Origin: Callorhinchus milii
Taxonomy: Eukaryota
Reading direction: 5' to 3'
Length of the DNA: 64,000 nucleotides
NCBI RefSeq assembly: GCF_018977255.1
Contig: NW_024704742.1
Span: 81,408,001 to 81,472,000 of the forward strand
Shown: piece after piece, positions 25,201 through 40,200 of the stretch
Layout of the letters: every line of letters starts with the position of its first letter
How positions within the stretch are numbered: the first letter of the stretch is position 1
Program-made: the position numbers and the translations under genes
Notes under the pieces: model-generated
What the model was told of the DNA's origin: nothing
What the model saw: only the letters and a program-made list of their open reading frames with translations
Database searches by the model: none

Positions 25201-28200
25201 TGGAGCAGTGCGTTTTCTAATTTAGAAGCTCAATATCCAAGTCTGAAAAACTAGGCAAGTGGCCTTTGGAATAAGGACTATTAAGAAAGGCTCTATCAGG
25301 CGCATTGGGTTAAAACTTGGGGAAAATTTAGGTAATTTTTTTCAAGCTACAAAATTAAGCAATAGCTAATGAACATAGGTTTCAAGTGACATTTGCAGGA
25401 TGCATTGAAGAATACATTATTGGGAAACCTAAATGTTTGCTTCACACAAACACAATTTAGGATGTGTAAACATAAATGTGTATTGCAATGTAATTGAATG
25501 ACAAAACAAAAGTCTATGAAACCAGGAAGCTAAAGCTACTGGTTCTTTAAATAGCAGGATGTTCAACATAAAATTCCTTCAAAGTTACAATTAATTTTCA
25601 CAAAGGCATTCATATTTGCAAGAGAGTTTTTCCTGGTGTCCTGGCCAACAATCCTCTAGATAAAAATTGGTCACTCAGTCACGACTGTTCATCTACAAAT
25701 ACACAGTCTCTACATTAAATAATAAAATCCTGTGACAAAAGTTTGAAGGGTTTCCACAACATGATCAGGCACAATATCAAGTGCAAGGATGATTATTATT
25801 ATATTCTCTACAACTCATTCAAGTAACAAAATCAGTGCTTGGCAGTTTAAATACCAGCTGTAGGTGGTGTGGAAAATTGATGCTGGCCAAAGTGATATCC
25901 TATTCATGAAGCATATGCTCACCTGTTGTGGTGTAAGTACATAATCCCAAATATTCAACTGGCTTAATGAGCCTACAAAAGACTCTGCAGGATTGAAGCC
26001 CTCTCCTTTCTTATCCTGCTCTTGTCCAAGGACCAATGCTCCACCATCTAATGACACAAAAATCAACATTGAGTTAAGATGATATTCCTGAACTGGTACT
26101 GAATTTCTGGGATCTGCACAATTTTAGGACCCAATGCAGCGCCAACCAGTTCAATACCCGTAACAACCAAATTTTGAACAAAACTCTTGTAATTAAGTTA
26201 ATGGTTAGAGGTTATTCTTCAATGGCAGTTATCACCAGGACATCTCCAGGAAAAGACAGATCAATATTCCACCTGGATTTATCCTGTATACCAATTTTGT
26301 GTTAAAAATTTAAGACTGCAGATTGGAGAAAAATTTCTGTATTCTTTTGTCTTTTTCCTCTTCGCATAGGAAAGCATATCCCATTTTAATAATGTTTTGT
26401 CTTTAGTGTCAACAGCCACCAGTGGGATATTTTCCCTGTTTTGCACATATACTGTGGCAGTAATGCATCCTTTCATGTTCTTTGGCTAGACTGTGATATT
26501 ACAACAATAGCTTGCTTTTATAGAGCGCCCTTCATGCCTGATGGTGTCTTGGAGCACTTGAAGACAGCACCTGAAGAAAGCACTTCTATTGCTTCCCCTC
26601 TATACGCAGTCCAACCAATTTACAGTATAACCTGTGAAGCGCTTTGAGACAACTCAACAATGAGATAAGGTACTATATTAAATGCAAGGTATATGTAATA
26701 TGTATTAATATTATGTCGTATTTATTCAGAGCCAAGCTATAGAAACTGGTGACTACAATATCGGCAATATGCAGCATTTGAAAAAAACGGGACCTATTAA
26801 GCAGGATTTTTGCTTTTGTCAGCTGGGTGTCTGACATATATAGAAACCCTCCGCCATGTTTAAAATTATTCAAACCGGATTGAGATTCAAACCAGATGTG
26901 CATACCCCAACCCCGATACACAATAATTTTCTGATCTGGCCAACAGTAGTCCCAAGGTTAAATGATGCATGGTTTGGAGTTTTACACTGTTTACTTCTGA
27001 GTATCAGAAAGCATTTATAAAGAACTTTCCCAGCCCAACCACCTCCCAGAGATACAGGGGGTGAAGGGTTCACCACCAGGTGGCAGTAATGCATCCTTTC
27101 ATGTTCTTTGGCTGGACTGTGTTCTTACACTACCAGATAATACCAGTTAACTTCCACATGTATGTGGATGACACTCAACTTTACTTTTCTACCTCCAACT
27201 GCGACCCCAGTCCCTTGATGTTCTCTCAGCTTGTTTGTCGGACAACAAGAGCTGGAAAAGTGCAAATTTCCTGCAGTTAAAAGTCAACAAGATGGAAGCC
27301 ATACTCTTCGGCTCCCACCGATGTCTTCTGTCCCGCTGTTCCAACCTCCTCAACCTATCCGATCTATCCTTAAAACTCTCCGAACCTGTGCAAAACTTAG
27401 GACTTAGGTTTGATCCCAGTTATCCTTCCTCCCCTACATCCAGTCCATGACCAACACTACTTTCTTTCACCTCCCCCACATTGCCCGTCTTCAACAATAA
27501 TTCACCCCAAAAGCTGCTGAAACCCTTGTCCATGCCTTTGTCACCTCTCGGCTGGAATCCTCCGCTCCACCATCAGCAGCTGTGCCTTCAATCACTACTT
27601 TCCAAAACTTTGGAACTCCCTTCCTCGACCCCTTTGCCTTGCCCCCTCCTTCCCCATTTTCAGGTCACACCTGAAGACCTTCCTTTTTGACCGCGCTACG
27701 GTTACCTTCCCCCTCCACCTGGCTCAGCCTCGGGCTCCGCCAATGTTAAGCGCTCTGAGACACCGCGTGGAGGGCGCTATATAAATGCGAGTTGTTGTTG
27801 TTGGAATATTCTGTAGAGTCATGAAGGAGGGGCTTCATTTGCTAATTGGCCTTTCTATTTTCACCCTATGATATACTTAAGCAATATCATTCTTATAAGG
27901 GATTAGTTGCTTGTGAGAATGTGAAATGGGTCATTTAATCAAAGGGCATTTTCCTAAAGGTACTCTGTTAACACAGACCCCCGTCCCCTCCCCATGCCAC
28001 CATCATTGGCTGAGTCTTCAGTCACTACATCCTAAATCTCTGGAAATCCCTGCCTCAATCCCTCTTTATCGATCTTCAAATCCCACTTGAAAACTTGTCT
28101 TTCTGACTGTGCTTATAGTCACCTTCCTCCTCCACGTCCCTTACTCAGAATCTGAGCCTGTCACTGTTCAGCGACATTATCCTACATGAAGATACCATAT

Positions 28201-31200
28201 ATATGTATATATATATATATATATATATGAACTCTATCCCACAATCCCTCCGCCTCACACCCTTTCTTACCTCCTTCGGCCACCCTCCCACCCCCAAATC
28301 CCTGCCTTCTCCCAGCTCGGGTCCAAAAACCCCTGACTGTCCAGCACACTGGGATATCTTTCCGACATGAAGTGCACTATACAAGTGTAATTTGTTGTTG
28401 ATGATATGTAAGAATGTAACAGAAAGCTACCGAATATACCGTTAGATTGTTTTACAAGATGCTCATCCATTGCTTTTAATTTCTATAAAAGTAATACTAT
28501 ATAAATATATATTTGTATTGTATTACCTGCGATACTTGATCCGGTAGAAAGGTCCTTCCCACCATCTGAAACCTTCCCATCTATATAGACCCTCCAAGCT
28601 CCGTCTGTGTTATTCCAAGTGACAGAAATATGGTGCCACTTCCCATCATTCACTGCAGGACAATCTGTCACCTTTTCCTTTCCATTAACGTATAACACCC
28701 AACTGGTGAAAGAGAGAGAATGATCAGCTCCAAAAATATGATACAGCAATGTACTGTGCTTTGCTGTGGATACACAATACTAGCAAAACAATTACTTTTT
28801 CCTGATAAAAATCTGTACAGATACTTTTTGAGAAATAATGCTTGACAAATTACATCAACATGTTTTGGCACAGGAAGCCAGGTGGCTTTCTGTACACATT
28901 CACCATGAACTGACCTCTCTCCATCATACCCGGTTATAACTTAGGTAGGAATTTAATGGACCCCAATTACTTCTAACAGAGTTCTACTGTACTGTGATAC
29001 CTGACTGCCTCATTGTGTTATCCAACCACATGTCCTGTGACGTGGTGTGGTTATGACATATCAAACCACGTAAGGAATGCTGGAATAATATGACCCCTAT
29101 TCTAAGCCCCGGGCTTTTGATATATCTATAAACTGGTCCAACTTGTGTCATTTACGCAAGGGATCTGGTTTGAACTTCTACCTTGTAGAAGTTTGACCTC
29201 TGTTTTTAGCAGAATGCCTGCACCCTACATACTGTACAAGAACTATCAGGGTATTTCCCTTATAACCTCATGCCCATAACATTTCTCTTTGGTTTCACTG
29301 CAGTTAGCATATTTCCATTATATTCTTTAAAGCATTATTAAAATCTCTTTACATCTGGATTAAACACAACTACGCCAATTTGAGGGAATGCATGAACATT
29401 TTGATCATTAATCACAATTGACACAGGGCGGCAATTATCTAATGAGAGAATATTACGCAACCTTTCCAGTCATTGGAATGGAATGCACTGTACCCATTAT
29501 AATCTGTCAGCAGAAAGGCATTATCATTGCCATTGTCAATGGCGTAGGAAATCGGGGTCCCATAGTTGATAGTGTTGGAAGATTTCATCCAGAAAGTGCA
29601 TGTGAGAGCACTGAGTGTTGGCAACTTATTATCCAGCAAAACATAACCATAGATTCCTGAAACCTCAAAATCCAGGTTGAAGTTGGAGGACAACTCTGAA
29701 ATACAGAATAAGAAATCTGTAAAAGATGTCAATACATGACCACATGTAACTGAGAGATGAATTAAACCTCAACTTTGCTACTTGGTAAATTTCTACAAGG
29801 TTAAAAATCAGATCAAATTCAACTAAATTAATTAAATACTATCCCAATGCAAACAGTGCTTCAATTATCAGTTGCATTATTCCAATGACATTTTCCCTCA
29901 CTTTAGCATTCCAACAAAAGCTTTGTTCTATCCAACATGTTTTTGACAGGTTTATTTGAACCCATTGAATAATCATGTGGATTTCTAATAAATCAAATGT
30001 AGGTAACAACTTTCTCCATTTGGGAGTGTAGAAGCACCTGAGCTGCAGACATCTCAACATCCCAGTGTCCTGGCCAACAATTTTCCAGATAAAACATGAC
30101 AGACAATTTGCACGCATGAAACATCTCTTTTCTGCATTTCGCTCCATTCAGTGACTTAAATAACCACACAAAAATTGACCCAATTGATGTAGATGAATTA
30201 GAATGACAGGCAACACTGGGTTTCACTCAAACATTCAACTCTTTAGCTACCAAGTCACCAATTGATACAATTATTTTCAGCTAAGATCAAGCGTTGTTTA
30301 ACAATACTTGCTTAATGAAGTCGATCTGGTGCAAGAGATTAGATTGAGATAATTAGAACCTTGTTTTCAACTTGAAAGAACAATGTGGGGTTGTGTTTCA
30401 AGTTCTCTTCCTGTAGATAAACATCATAACCCTGTTCCTCTACACAGCTTTCTATCCATTGACAATCAAGAGACTGCCTCTGTACCTATGACATGTTACT
30501 GCACTATTTCTGTGAGGTTCTTACCTGTTTCACACCAGGTCCCATTGAAGCTTGGTGGACATTTGCAGGTATAAGAGTTCAGAGCATCCACACATACTGC
30601 ATGGTTCATACACGGATTTGATTTGCACTCATTCACCTCTGTTTCGCAGACAAAGCCAGTGTAGCCTGCAGCACATTGACATCTACGTAAGAAATCCAGC
30701 AGTTGAGATAATATTAGTTCAATTGCAATTTTTTTTATTTCTTATTAATCCAACATGTAAATAATTGCAAGCAAAGGCTAACTGTAGTGGATTACAGTGG
30801 TTAAAACAATATATTTCAAAGTTACATGATAAATGGATAAATATTAACATTATTCTTTAAGGTGACAGTTTCCTTCAGTCAATCATGAGCTAGGTGTCTC
30901 CTTGGCTCAGTCAGTAGCACTCTCGCCTCTGAATCAGAAGGTTGTAGGCTCAAGCCCCATATCAGGACTTTGAACTTACATAGTACTTCAATGCCAAACT
31001 TGCTGCAATGCTGGATGTGCAGTTTATTGGATGAGAAGTTAAAACAAGGTCTTGTTTGATTGTTCAGGTTAAACATCCTATATCATTGTATAAAAAAAGG
31101 TTTTTTTCTGGTGTCCTGGCCAATAGTGCCCTAATGTTGATTATTCACTTCATGGATGTTTGTGGAACATTGCTATGTGTAAATTGGCTGCTGTGTTTGC

Positions 31201-34200
31201 GTGCAAATACTACACTTGATAGTAAAATCCTGTGAAGCATTTTGAAATGATTCGACAACCTAAAAAGGCGCTATATCAAATGCACAAATCATTATATACT
31301 ACTACTAATAACCATTACATTTGATATAGCGCCTTATCACATATTCGGGACTTCTCAAAGCGCTTCACAGAATATACTGTAAAGTGGATTGACTGTATAT
31401 TTTGTGGGCAAAACTCGGCAGCCAAATACGCACAGCAGTATCCCACAAACAGTTATGGTACTATACTGTTATTATAATGAAATGAACTATGAATAACCTA
31501 AAATAAATAACAGAATACTGTCATGCAGGTGGAGCTGCATGCAGAAAGGTGCATATTATTGATTCTTACCTGAACAGATTTACGTCATCAATGCACGATC
31601 CCCCATTTAGACAGGGTGCACTGCCACACTCATCAATGTTAATCTCACATGCATCCCCAAAGAAACCGGGCAGACAGGTACACTGAAATCCACCCAACAG
31701 GTTGAGACACAGACCACCATTTAAACATGGAGCTGAAAGGCATTCATTTATATCCAGCTCACAGTTGACACCTGGGAAGAAGGAAGCAATAAATGTAACA
31801 GTTAAGCAGTTGGCTTTTGATTAGGAAATAAATGTGACACAAGGAGAGCCGTTCATCAGCACTCATTCAGGGAGGGGGAGAGGACGAGTAAAGATAGGGA
31901 AAACGGTAGAGTGAGGGGTAGGAGAGGAGAAGAGGAAGGGAGAATGTAGAATGAGCAGAAATAATTATTTTTTCCAAAGCTACGTTGTGGGAGTTATACT
32001 CTGTTCATAAATTCACATAGAATGGACAGCACTAGAACAGACAATTCGGCCCATCCAGTCATGCCGGTGTTTATATATTCCATGAGTCTCCACCCACTCC
32101 TTACTTCCTCCCATACCCTTCTGTTCCCGTCTCCCTCATAAGTATATAAGTTTCCTCTTCAATGCATCTATGCTATACTTCACTGAGCATTTCAAGCAAC
32201 AATTTCCACATTCTCACTAACCTTTGCATGAAGTTCTTCCTAACTTCTCATCTTAGATTTCCTTGCCAGTATATCAACTTATAGCTGTGTCTCTTGGTTA
32301 GAGAAATTCTTTTATACATTTTAGCATTCTCTTTGGGTTGAGAGACTTGGGCACTTTGCATGATTTTTCATGGTGTAAGTTATTTATTTGTTATGAAAAA
32401 AACATATGTGACTCAGTCCTCCAATGTAATAGCTAAAATGATTCCCAAAATGTGCAAGATGGTTTGAAAAGAACTCACCTGTAAATCCATATGTACACCT
32501 GCAGTAATATGTATTAATGCCGTCAACACAAGTTCCATCACTAAGACATGGGTGCGAGTTGCATTCATTCAGCTCTTCTTCACATAGCAAACCTGAAAAA
32601 TCCATGGTGGCATCAGTGAAGAATGTTTTCTGTTCTAAACACCCTTTTTTTCTGGTCAGCTAAGGTGTCTGACACATGAGGAAACTTATCACCATGCTTA
32701 AATGTAGCCAAATTAGACAAAGAGTTACATGTATCCCACCCACACACAGAAATTCTCATGTTTGGAATACAATGCACACACTTTTCCCAAAGGGACACAG
32801 ACTGTTACCTAATTGGAGAATGTTAGGCACAGGTTGGCAAAAGTCTAGGCTTGTGGACCCGAGAATGTGCGTTGGGATACTGCTGGAACTTAACCAGCTA
32901 AAACCACATTGTTTGCCATTGCCAATAAATACTTATTTTGCCCCTAAACACACAGAAAGAATGTTTCTTTGTGATTTCTGTAACTGGATGTAGAATCACA
33001 TTTGCAACAAAATACAGTCACTACAATTTATAATATGTTCTATGAACCACCTTGCCATGTCCTCCGGATATGAAATGCACTATGTCAAATTAAGATCATT
33101 ATTATTTTTCCAGTGGTAATAATAAATTAACAGAGGCCTGAAATTACACCCAGTCTGAGCGTAAAACAATTTTTCTGAAATTTAAGATTGGTTCTTTTTA
33201 AGCGCATGTAGAAAAAAATCTCCCCAAATTAAGATGAGTTTAATATTTAACGTCCACATTTCTATACAGTTCTTACATTTTAAGGCAAAATGGTCTTACA
33301 GGCTCGTTGAGATTTCAGGCTTTAAATCTTTCTATCCTCAGAACACTGACACTTTCAGTTGAATTAACACAAATGAAATACACATTTAAAACATGGTTAG
33401 ATGGGCCTTCATCTCTTTCAGTGTGACTTTGAATACAGTGCTGTTTTCCTGTAGACAAGAAGTACAGTATTCCCCGTGTCTCGTGCAGAATAGTTAAAAA
33501 AAGTCAACTTCCTGATTGTCAGGTCTCTCAACAGTAATTTCCGTATATTGCTTGCATGGGAGCTATGTGTTGCTCTTTTCACTTCCTGTGCATATGGGCT
33601 AGGCACAAGAAACACCGCTAACATTACTTCCTGCACACGTTGCTGACATCACATCTCAACGGAAGTGACATCAGTGGTATTTGTTGCGCATGCACAGCAT
33701 CGCAGGAAGTGACATCTACAGTGACCTGACAGCCTGGAAGTTGACCATTATGTTGTGCTTTGCTTATAATGGAGCCTCTGAGATATTGTATGACCGGCAA
33801 TTCTGCTACATCTGGGTTGCGCAATATTCTGTTAGTATTAGTGAAATAATTGCCCGATAAAAGACCTACCCATATAGCCAGGTGGACACAAGCATGAGAA
33901 GTTCACAATTTCATCTTGGCACGTGGCACCATTTTGGCAGGGATCTGACGCACATTCATCGATGTTTATCTCACAGTTCGAACCTAAAGTACAGTTTGGT
34001 ACATAATTTATAACCTCTTAATGCTGCTGCATTCCTAGAGTAATTATACAGAGAGTGATTCGTATTAGGGTCGTTAGCTCCAGAGATCGAGCTGGTACCA
34101 GCATCGGTTCGATAAACTGAACGGCTTCCTTCTACGCTCTAATTTGTATGAAGCATGGAATGTGGAAGGAATGAGCTGTTCACTTACCTGTGAAGCCAGG

Positions 34201-37200
34201 ATTGCACAAGCAGATATATCCAGAGCCAGCACTTTGACAGGTCCCACTGTGCTGGCAAGGCTGCAGGAAGCACTCATTAAATTCCTTCAAGCCAAGGGAG
34301 AAGAATATAATCAAGTCAAGAAGTGAGGTCTTCAATATTGCTCACAGTAATAAACTTTTTCAGATTAACTAACTGCAAAATTATTACAGCTTGATAGCAT
34401 TGTATTTCTACAAGTATTTAAAAAGAAACACAGGAAAATCGCAGTAGAAACATTAGTAACTAGTGTTCCTGAAATTTATTTTGCGATATGTTGCAGAGTA
34501 CACCCAATAATCACTTTCATGAAGTGCCAAGATTAGACCTGCAGTTTCTGGAAAGGGTTGCTATGGAATTAATGAACGTTAGCATGATGTAGACATGTTT
34601 AAATCATGGGAACATAGGAAAACATGAGTAGGACAAGCCCATTGTGCCTGTCCCAACAGTTTATTAGAAATTGTCAATTTTTTAAATCCTAATGGCCCAC
34701 CCTTTCGCCATACCCATTAATACCTCTACTACCCAAGTCTCTGTCTATCTCTCTTTTAAATATCCCTAGTGATTACACTTGTGCAGCTTTCTGGGACAGT
34801 GATCCACATTTTCACAATGCTCTACGTGAAAACGTACTTCCTGACCTCAGTTCTCGACTCTGATTTTAAGGTTCCGCCCCTTGTAATGGATCCCTATACC
34901 AGAGGGAACAGACACCCACCATTTACTCTGTCAATTCCTTCCATTATTTTTAAATACTTGACTCAATTCCAAAATACTATTGCCAAACACATCACCTTGG
35001 AGCCAGTTCAGCTCCAAGCAGACCTGTCGTACCTCCCCCTCCCCTCCCCAGGTGCATTCATTAGGATCAGATGCTGAGAATTGAACAAAGTACACAACCT
35101 GAGGTCTGATCAACGCTCCGTATAGTTACTTACTTATTTTTCTATTCCAGACCTGTTCTAATCATGGATTTGAAGACCAGTATTTACCAGTGATGATTAA
35201 ATTTCCACTGAAGTTTAGTAATAATACTTTAGCAGACAAAAAATATCATCAAAGACCCCAAGAAAACAAATAGGTTTGTGTCATGAGGAGGACAGCTGCA
35301 ACCAGACAGCACAGTAACTTTAAACCTTGTTTCTGGAACTCCCATAACCCAAATCACATAACACTCCTTTCAAAACTCCAATATGAAATAAAAAGATCTT
35401 TGAGTCGGGAGTAATGTATTTATTTATTCCTTTTTTTTTCATTAATTTTTTTTTGACATACACCAGATCCACATTACAAAGTTGTCTTCAAGACCCACAG
35501 TGTTGATGTTGTCGCAAAGAGCAAGGGATTGAAATTACAGTTTGGGCTTTCTGGTCCTTAGGCAATTAGCAAGGACTGAATGATAATGACTGGCATTGTA
35601 ATGCTGCAGGTTGGGGTTATTACCTCTCGAGGGCCTCAGTGAGTTAGATAACCGGTCAAGCCTCTTCTCCAAAGATTGAAAATTTCAACACAATACAGTA
35701 AAAACGCCATTTAAAAGACTCCAGAATCTGAACCTAAAACCTAAAAATTTGAAATCTAAAAATGAACAAAAACATTTTCCACAGGCCTGCGGGCATGAAG
35801 GTTCCCAACTCCTAACTCTCCTGACACACACCAATGCAGCCTCAATGAGCAGCCTCACTATCCTGCAGGCCTTCACAGTAGCCAGGGATATGATACCTTC
35901 TGTTTGTAGGAATCAAACAATTACACTGCCAGTAATTGCATTTTTCAGCACTGAGAAAAGCAGGCACTGAAAAAAACTGGTAAATGCCGGTACTGGCAAA
36001 AACAGAGGTCCAAGGAACTATTCAAAAGAGTATGAAATTTCTCCCAAAGTCCTGGCCAACAATCTACCAAATAAAATTGGTCATTGCTGCCGTGTTTACC
36101 TAGAAAATATGGTCATTGCACTTTACACTAAATCCTGTGTGGAGCTTTGAGAGGTCCTCCTGACGTGAAAGGTAAATATCAAATAAAAGGATTATTATTA
36201 ATATTTGTTACATATAAATATTGCATGAAACAAAGCAGACAAAGTGTGTTCTTTGATATTCCTACCTGACTTGCCCTGCCACGTGGCTTGCTTTCCAGTG
36301 GTGTAGGTATCAGCAGACTTGCAGTGGCTAGTTTGAATCCAGAGTTGAAACCTGCGAAAGGGAACAACTACATTTTTCATGCTTTCTGTTTCCAGAGTTT
36401 GAACATAATTGCTGTTGTCAAGAGAACAAACAGAGCTCCAGAAAGTCAAAGGGCTGCTACTTGCCAGAACAGTCACTCCGAGACAAGGCTCCTGTGCTGG
36501 TGGTGGTACCATAAAGCGGACAGGCGAGGCAGAACGATTTTCCAGTGTCTGGCTGATAGTAATCTCTGGGGCAGGGGTAGCATGGCATTATACCAGAGCG
36601 AGAAACATGTCCTGCAGCGCACGGCACTTCACATGAGAGAGAAAATATTACGTTTCAAAATTCAAAGGAACAGACAAAAATCATTGCAATCGCGTTTAAC
36701 AATCAATGAAACTTCCCTTCTCTTTCACGTCTGCATTGATCTTAATGTTCCCATTAAAAAAAAACATGAATGGAAGAGCATCGTGGCCTTCGGTCTATGA
36801 ACAAGCAGGGTGAGATTTATCCTGACTCACTTGGCATGATCATCGCAGTCAGCAGAGAGAGGGATATTCCACAGCATCACTGAGCTGGATTCAAATCCAG
36901 CTACTGGAGGTGGAAGGCTATTATACAAGTGCAATGCACAGCCCGCTCTAGAGGTTCTTATTTGAAGAATTTGCTTGTATCTGAAATGAGTCAAAACCAG
37001 CGTTGCTGAAAAGCTCAGGGCATTTTTGCATTCATCTGTTATGGACCTGTTGTATTGCCCCTTTACTTACAGATAATTCTGACTTGAATTCTGCACTGCT
37101 CAGTAAATTGGCTGACCTTGTTCATGAGAACAGGATACCATCGCCCACCAAATTTGGTAAACGCATTGTCGATCAGGGAATTTGGTACAATTCTTAAATT

Positions 37201-40200
37201 CAGTCTTAAATTTTTATTTCAATCTTTTAATTTCTTAACTTTAAATTAAGGTGCATGAACCAGAATAACCATCATCTTCATCCAGACTGAGAATAGTTTT
37301 GAAAAAAAACCTCCTGAACTCGCAAATGACTAAAGTGGAGATCTGACATGCTGGGGTGTGAGGGCAGGAATCCAAGTTATTGTAAAACGGATGTTAAGGA
37401 AAACTTTACGCTGTACCTCCACAATCAGTGGCTTTAATGGCTCCTCTTATGACAGTGGTCAACCCACTTGGACACAGATCGCAAGACTTTGCACTATATG
37501 TCAGCTGGAAGGTTCCTAATGGGCACGACTCGCAGGTTTCCAGTCCGTTTGAAGAATAGGTTCCAGGACTGCATTGAGCTGAGGGAGGAATACAGAAAAT
37601 CTCAGTTTAGCTTCAGGCCAGCTTCACCCTGTACTCACCCACACTCCAGAAGAGAAAAGTGGATATTGATCAGTTCTGGGAACTCTGGCTGAGGGACCAT
37701 AAGATCAATTGGGGCACTTCTACTGCTACCCCGTCTGGGATCAACAAAATCAGTAGAGACCAAATGAAGGCTATCCTGGGCACAAGAGGGAAGGTGAGTG
37801 ACATTCTCTCTGGGGAGAAGCCAGTGTGGTGGTGAAACCGCTATGTTGGACCCACTAAGGCATTAAGCTTGCTTGTGAGCCTGTCTTAGAAACTAAGCTA
37901 TAGGAAGCTTACTCGTGTCTCATGTCAAATGCCCACTGCCAGGACCTCAATAACTTTGCTTCTGCCAACACAGAGCTGTTCTCCGCTGGTAAAGACAAGT
38001 GAGCTGTGGCTCCATCTTCTTCTCAGAGGAGACTCTGCACTTTAAAACTGGCAAACCAAATCTTTTCAGTAAACGTAACTAGAGACACGAGCAAAGCAAG
38101 CAATAATAATCCTTGCATTTGATATAGTGCCTTATCACGTCATTGGGACATCTAATATTGTTTTACAGAATATACTGTAAAGTGAAGTGACTGTGTGTTT
38201 TGTGGGCTAAACCAGCTGCCAGTTGCCCACAGCAGTGTCCCACAAACATCACAGAGTGAGTAACCATTTTTTTCTTACGCTTCAGGCCAGCTTCACCTTC
38301 CAATAAAGCATCAAGGGGGCTCTTTCTTTCCCCTTTAAGTTCACTCATACCCAGTGAAGGAACAGGAATTTAATTCCATCGGTCTGGATGAGAGAACTCA
38401 TTGTTATAGTCTAGAACATTCAGTTCCCTGCATTCCTCACAAGATTAAAATGATAACAATCCTTGCATTTGGTATAGCACCCTTCATGTCAGGAGGATGA
38501 CTCAATGAGCTCCACAGGATATATTGAAAGTGTATGCCTGTATTTTGTAGGTGAAAGTCTATGACCTTTTATACCACTGAATATCTGTGTAGCACCACAT
38601 GTAAAATAGTCCATTTCACCTTTGCATTCGTGGATGCTCCTGCCATGCATATATTCAGTAGATGTTCCAGTGGGACATATCTTGCATTCCAATTGTCCTT
38701 CCTGGTCCTGATAGGATCCAATCCAGCAGCTCTCACAAGAGATGTGTTCCAATGAGAAAAATGTCCCTATAGGGCAGTTTACTGAAATAGTTTTGTAGAG
38801 CAGAACAAAAAGGTTAGACAATTATTGCAAAGCGAGTGTCTCCCACTGATCAAAAATGTATATTCTTATTTTTATTTTTAAATTTCAACAAATTACTTTT
38901 TCTAAAGTAGTCTATTTCCCCCCCACTCCAAGATTTGTTTCCACTCCACAAAACCAGATTCTCAACTTGTTCCATCTGTCTATCCATCCACCTATCCTCC
39001 CCTTTTAAAACCCACAATTGATTCTGGATCTACAGCCTTCCATATCACAAGATTGGTTTGGATGAAGACAACCCTTCGGCCGATTTGATCTCATCCTTCC
39101 AGAGTAGCTACTCTACAAAAACAACTTGCATTTATATAGTGCCCTCCACACCGGACGGCATCTCAGAGCGCTTTAATAAGCTTACTCTAACATCTTCCCA
39201 TCATAGTATCAAGCTGTTTTTTGTTTCCAGAGTCCTTCCTTAACCCTCTTCTCTGGTAACCTGTTCCATTTGATAACTACCCACTAGATGAAGTCTTTCT
39301 AAGCAGAGAACTTACCACACATGCGCTCTTTTAACACCGAGCCAGGCCTACAGAATAAAGCTGCTTTATTGCTCTCCAGTGACTTGCTGTCTGACAGGAC
39401 TGTTTCAGATTTGAAGGGGAAGCGGTACAGAGGCTCACTTTCCAGCGCCCTTTTCAGGCGGCTGGTGACCTGCTCCAGTGTTTCAAGCAGCCGCCTTTGA
39501 CTCTCCAATTCTGCCGTGTCGTTTTGTTCATCAGGCTGCGCTATAGTTGCTAGAAAATGGAAGATATCACTTTCAGACACTCGTCAGAAAACTCTAGCTT
39601 TCCTCACAAATGCAGCACTTCCTTGAAATACAATACAGAACCTTAAATGAAGCGCTCATTGACTTGTGCTGCATTACATCAAAACACAAGGGCAATAAAA
39701 TATCTTTTTCTAACAATAATAATAATCCTTCCACGGTCAATGGATGTACTGTTAAGATCACAGACATTTGTTGAAGTGTGGGCCGACCTTTAAAATGGTT
39801 TAACTGTTAAGCTTCCCAGCCCAGAGAAGGAGAGAAGATTAAGAGAGAGAGAGAGAGAGAGAGAGAGGTAAGTCTCTTTCACTCAATCTGTTTGTTTCCT
39901 GTATCTGGAAGAAAATGTTTCATTTTGCAAAGTGAAACCATTAGTCAGTAAAACTCTCTGTTTTCCCATAGCCACATACAGGATAAACCCCCTCCAAAAC
40001 GTCTTAAAACAATGTCAGATTTATTTCATAGGCTGTCTTACAGTACAGTGTAATCATGCCACAGCTCACATTAATTTTATTTGGATTCACACTAGAAGCA
40101 ATACTACCACCAGTGGTAGAGAAAGAACTCAGATTTCATAGCACTTTATCACGTCAAAGCATCTCAGTCCTCCCACCTTGCTAAAGGCAAATGTCCCATC

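Noticed and set aside
36288..36800. 170-aa plus-strand ORF
   Set aside because: Antisense to exons ~19-20; no recognisable domain or splice support
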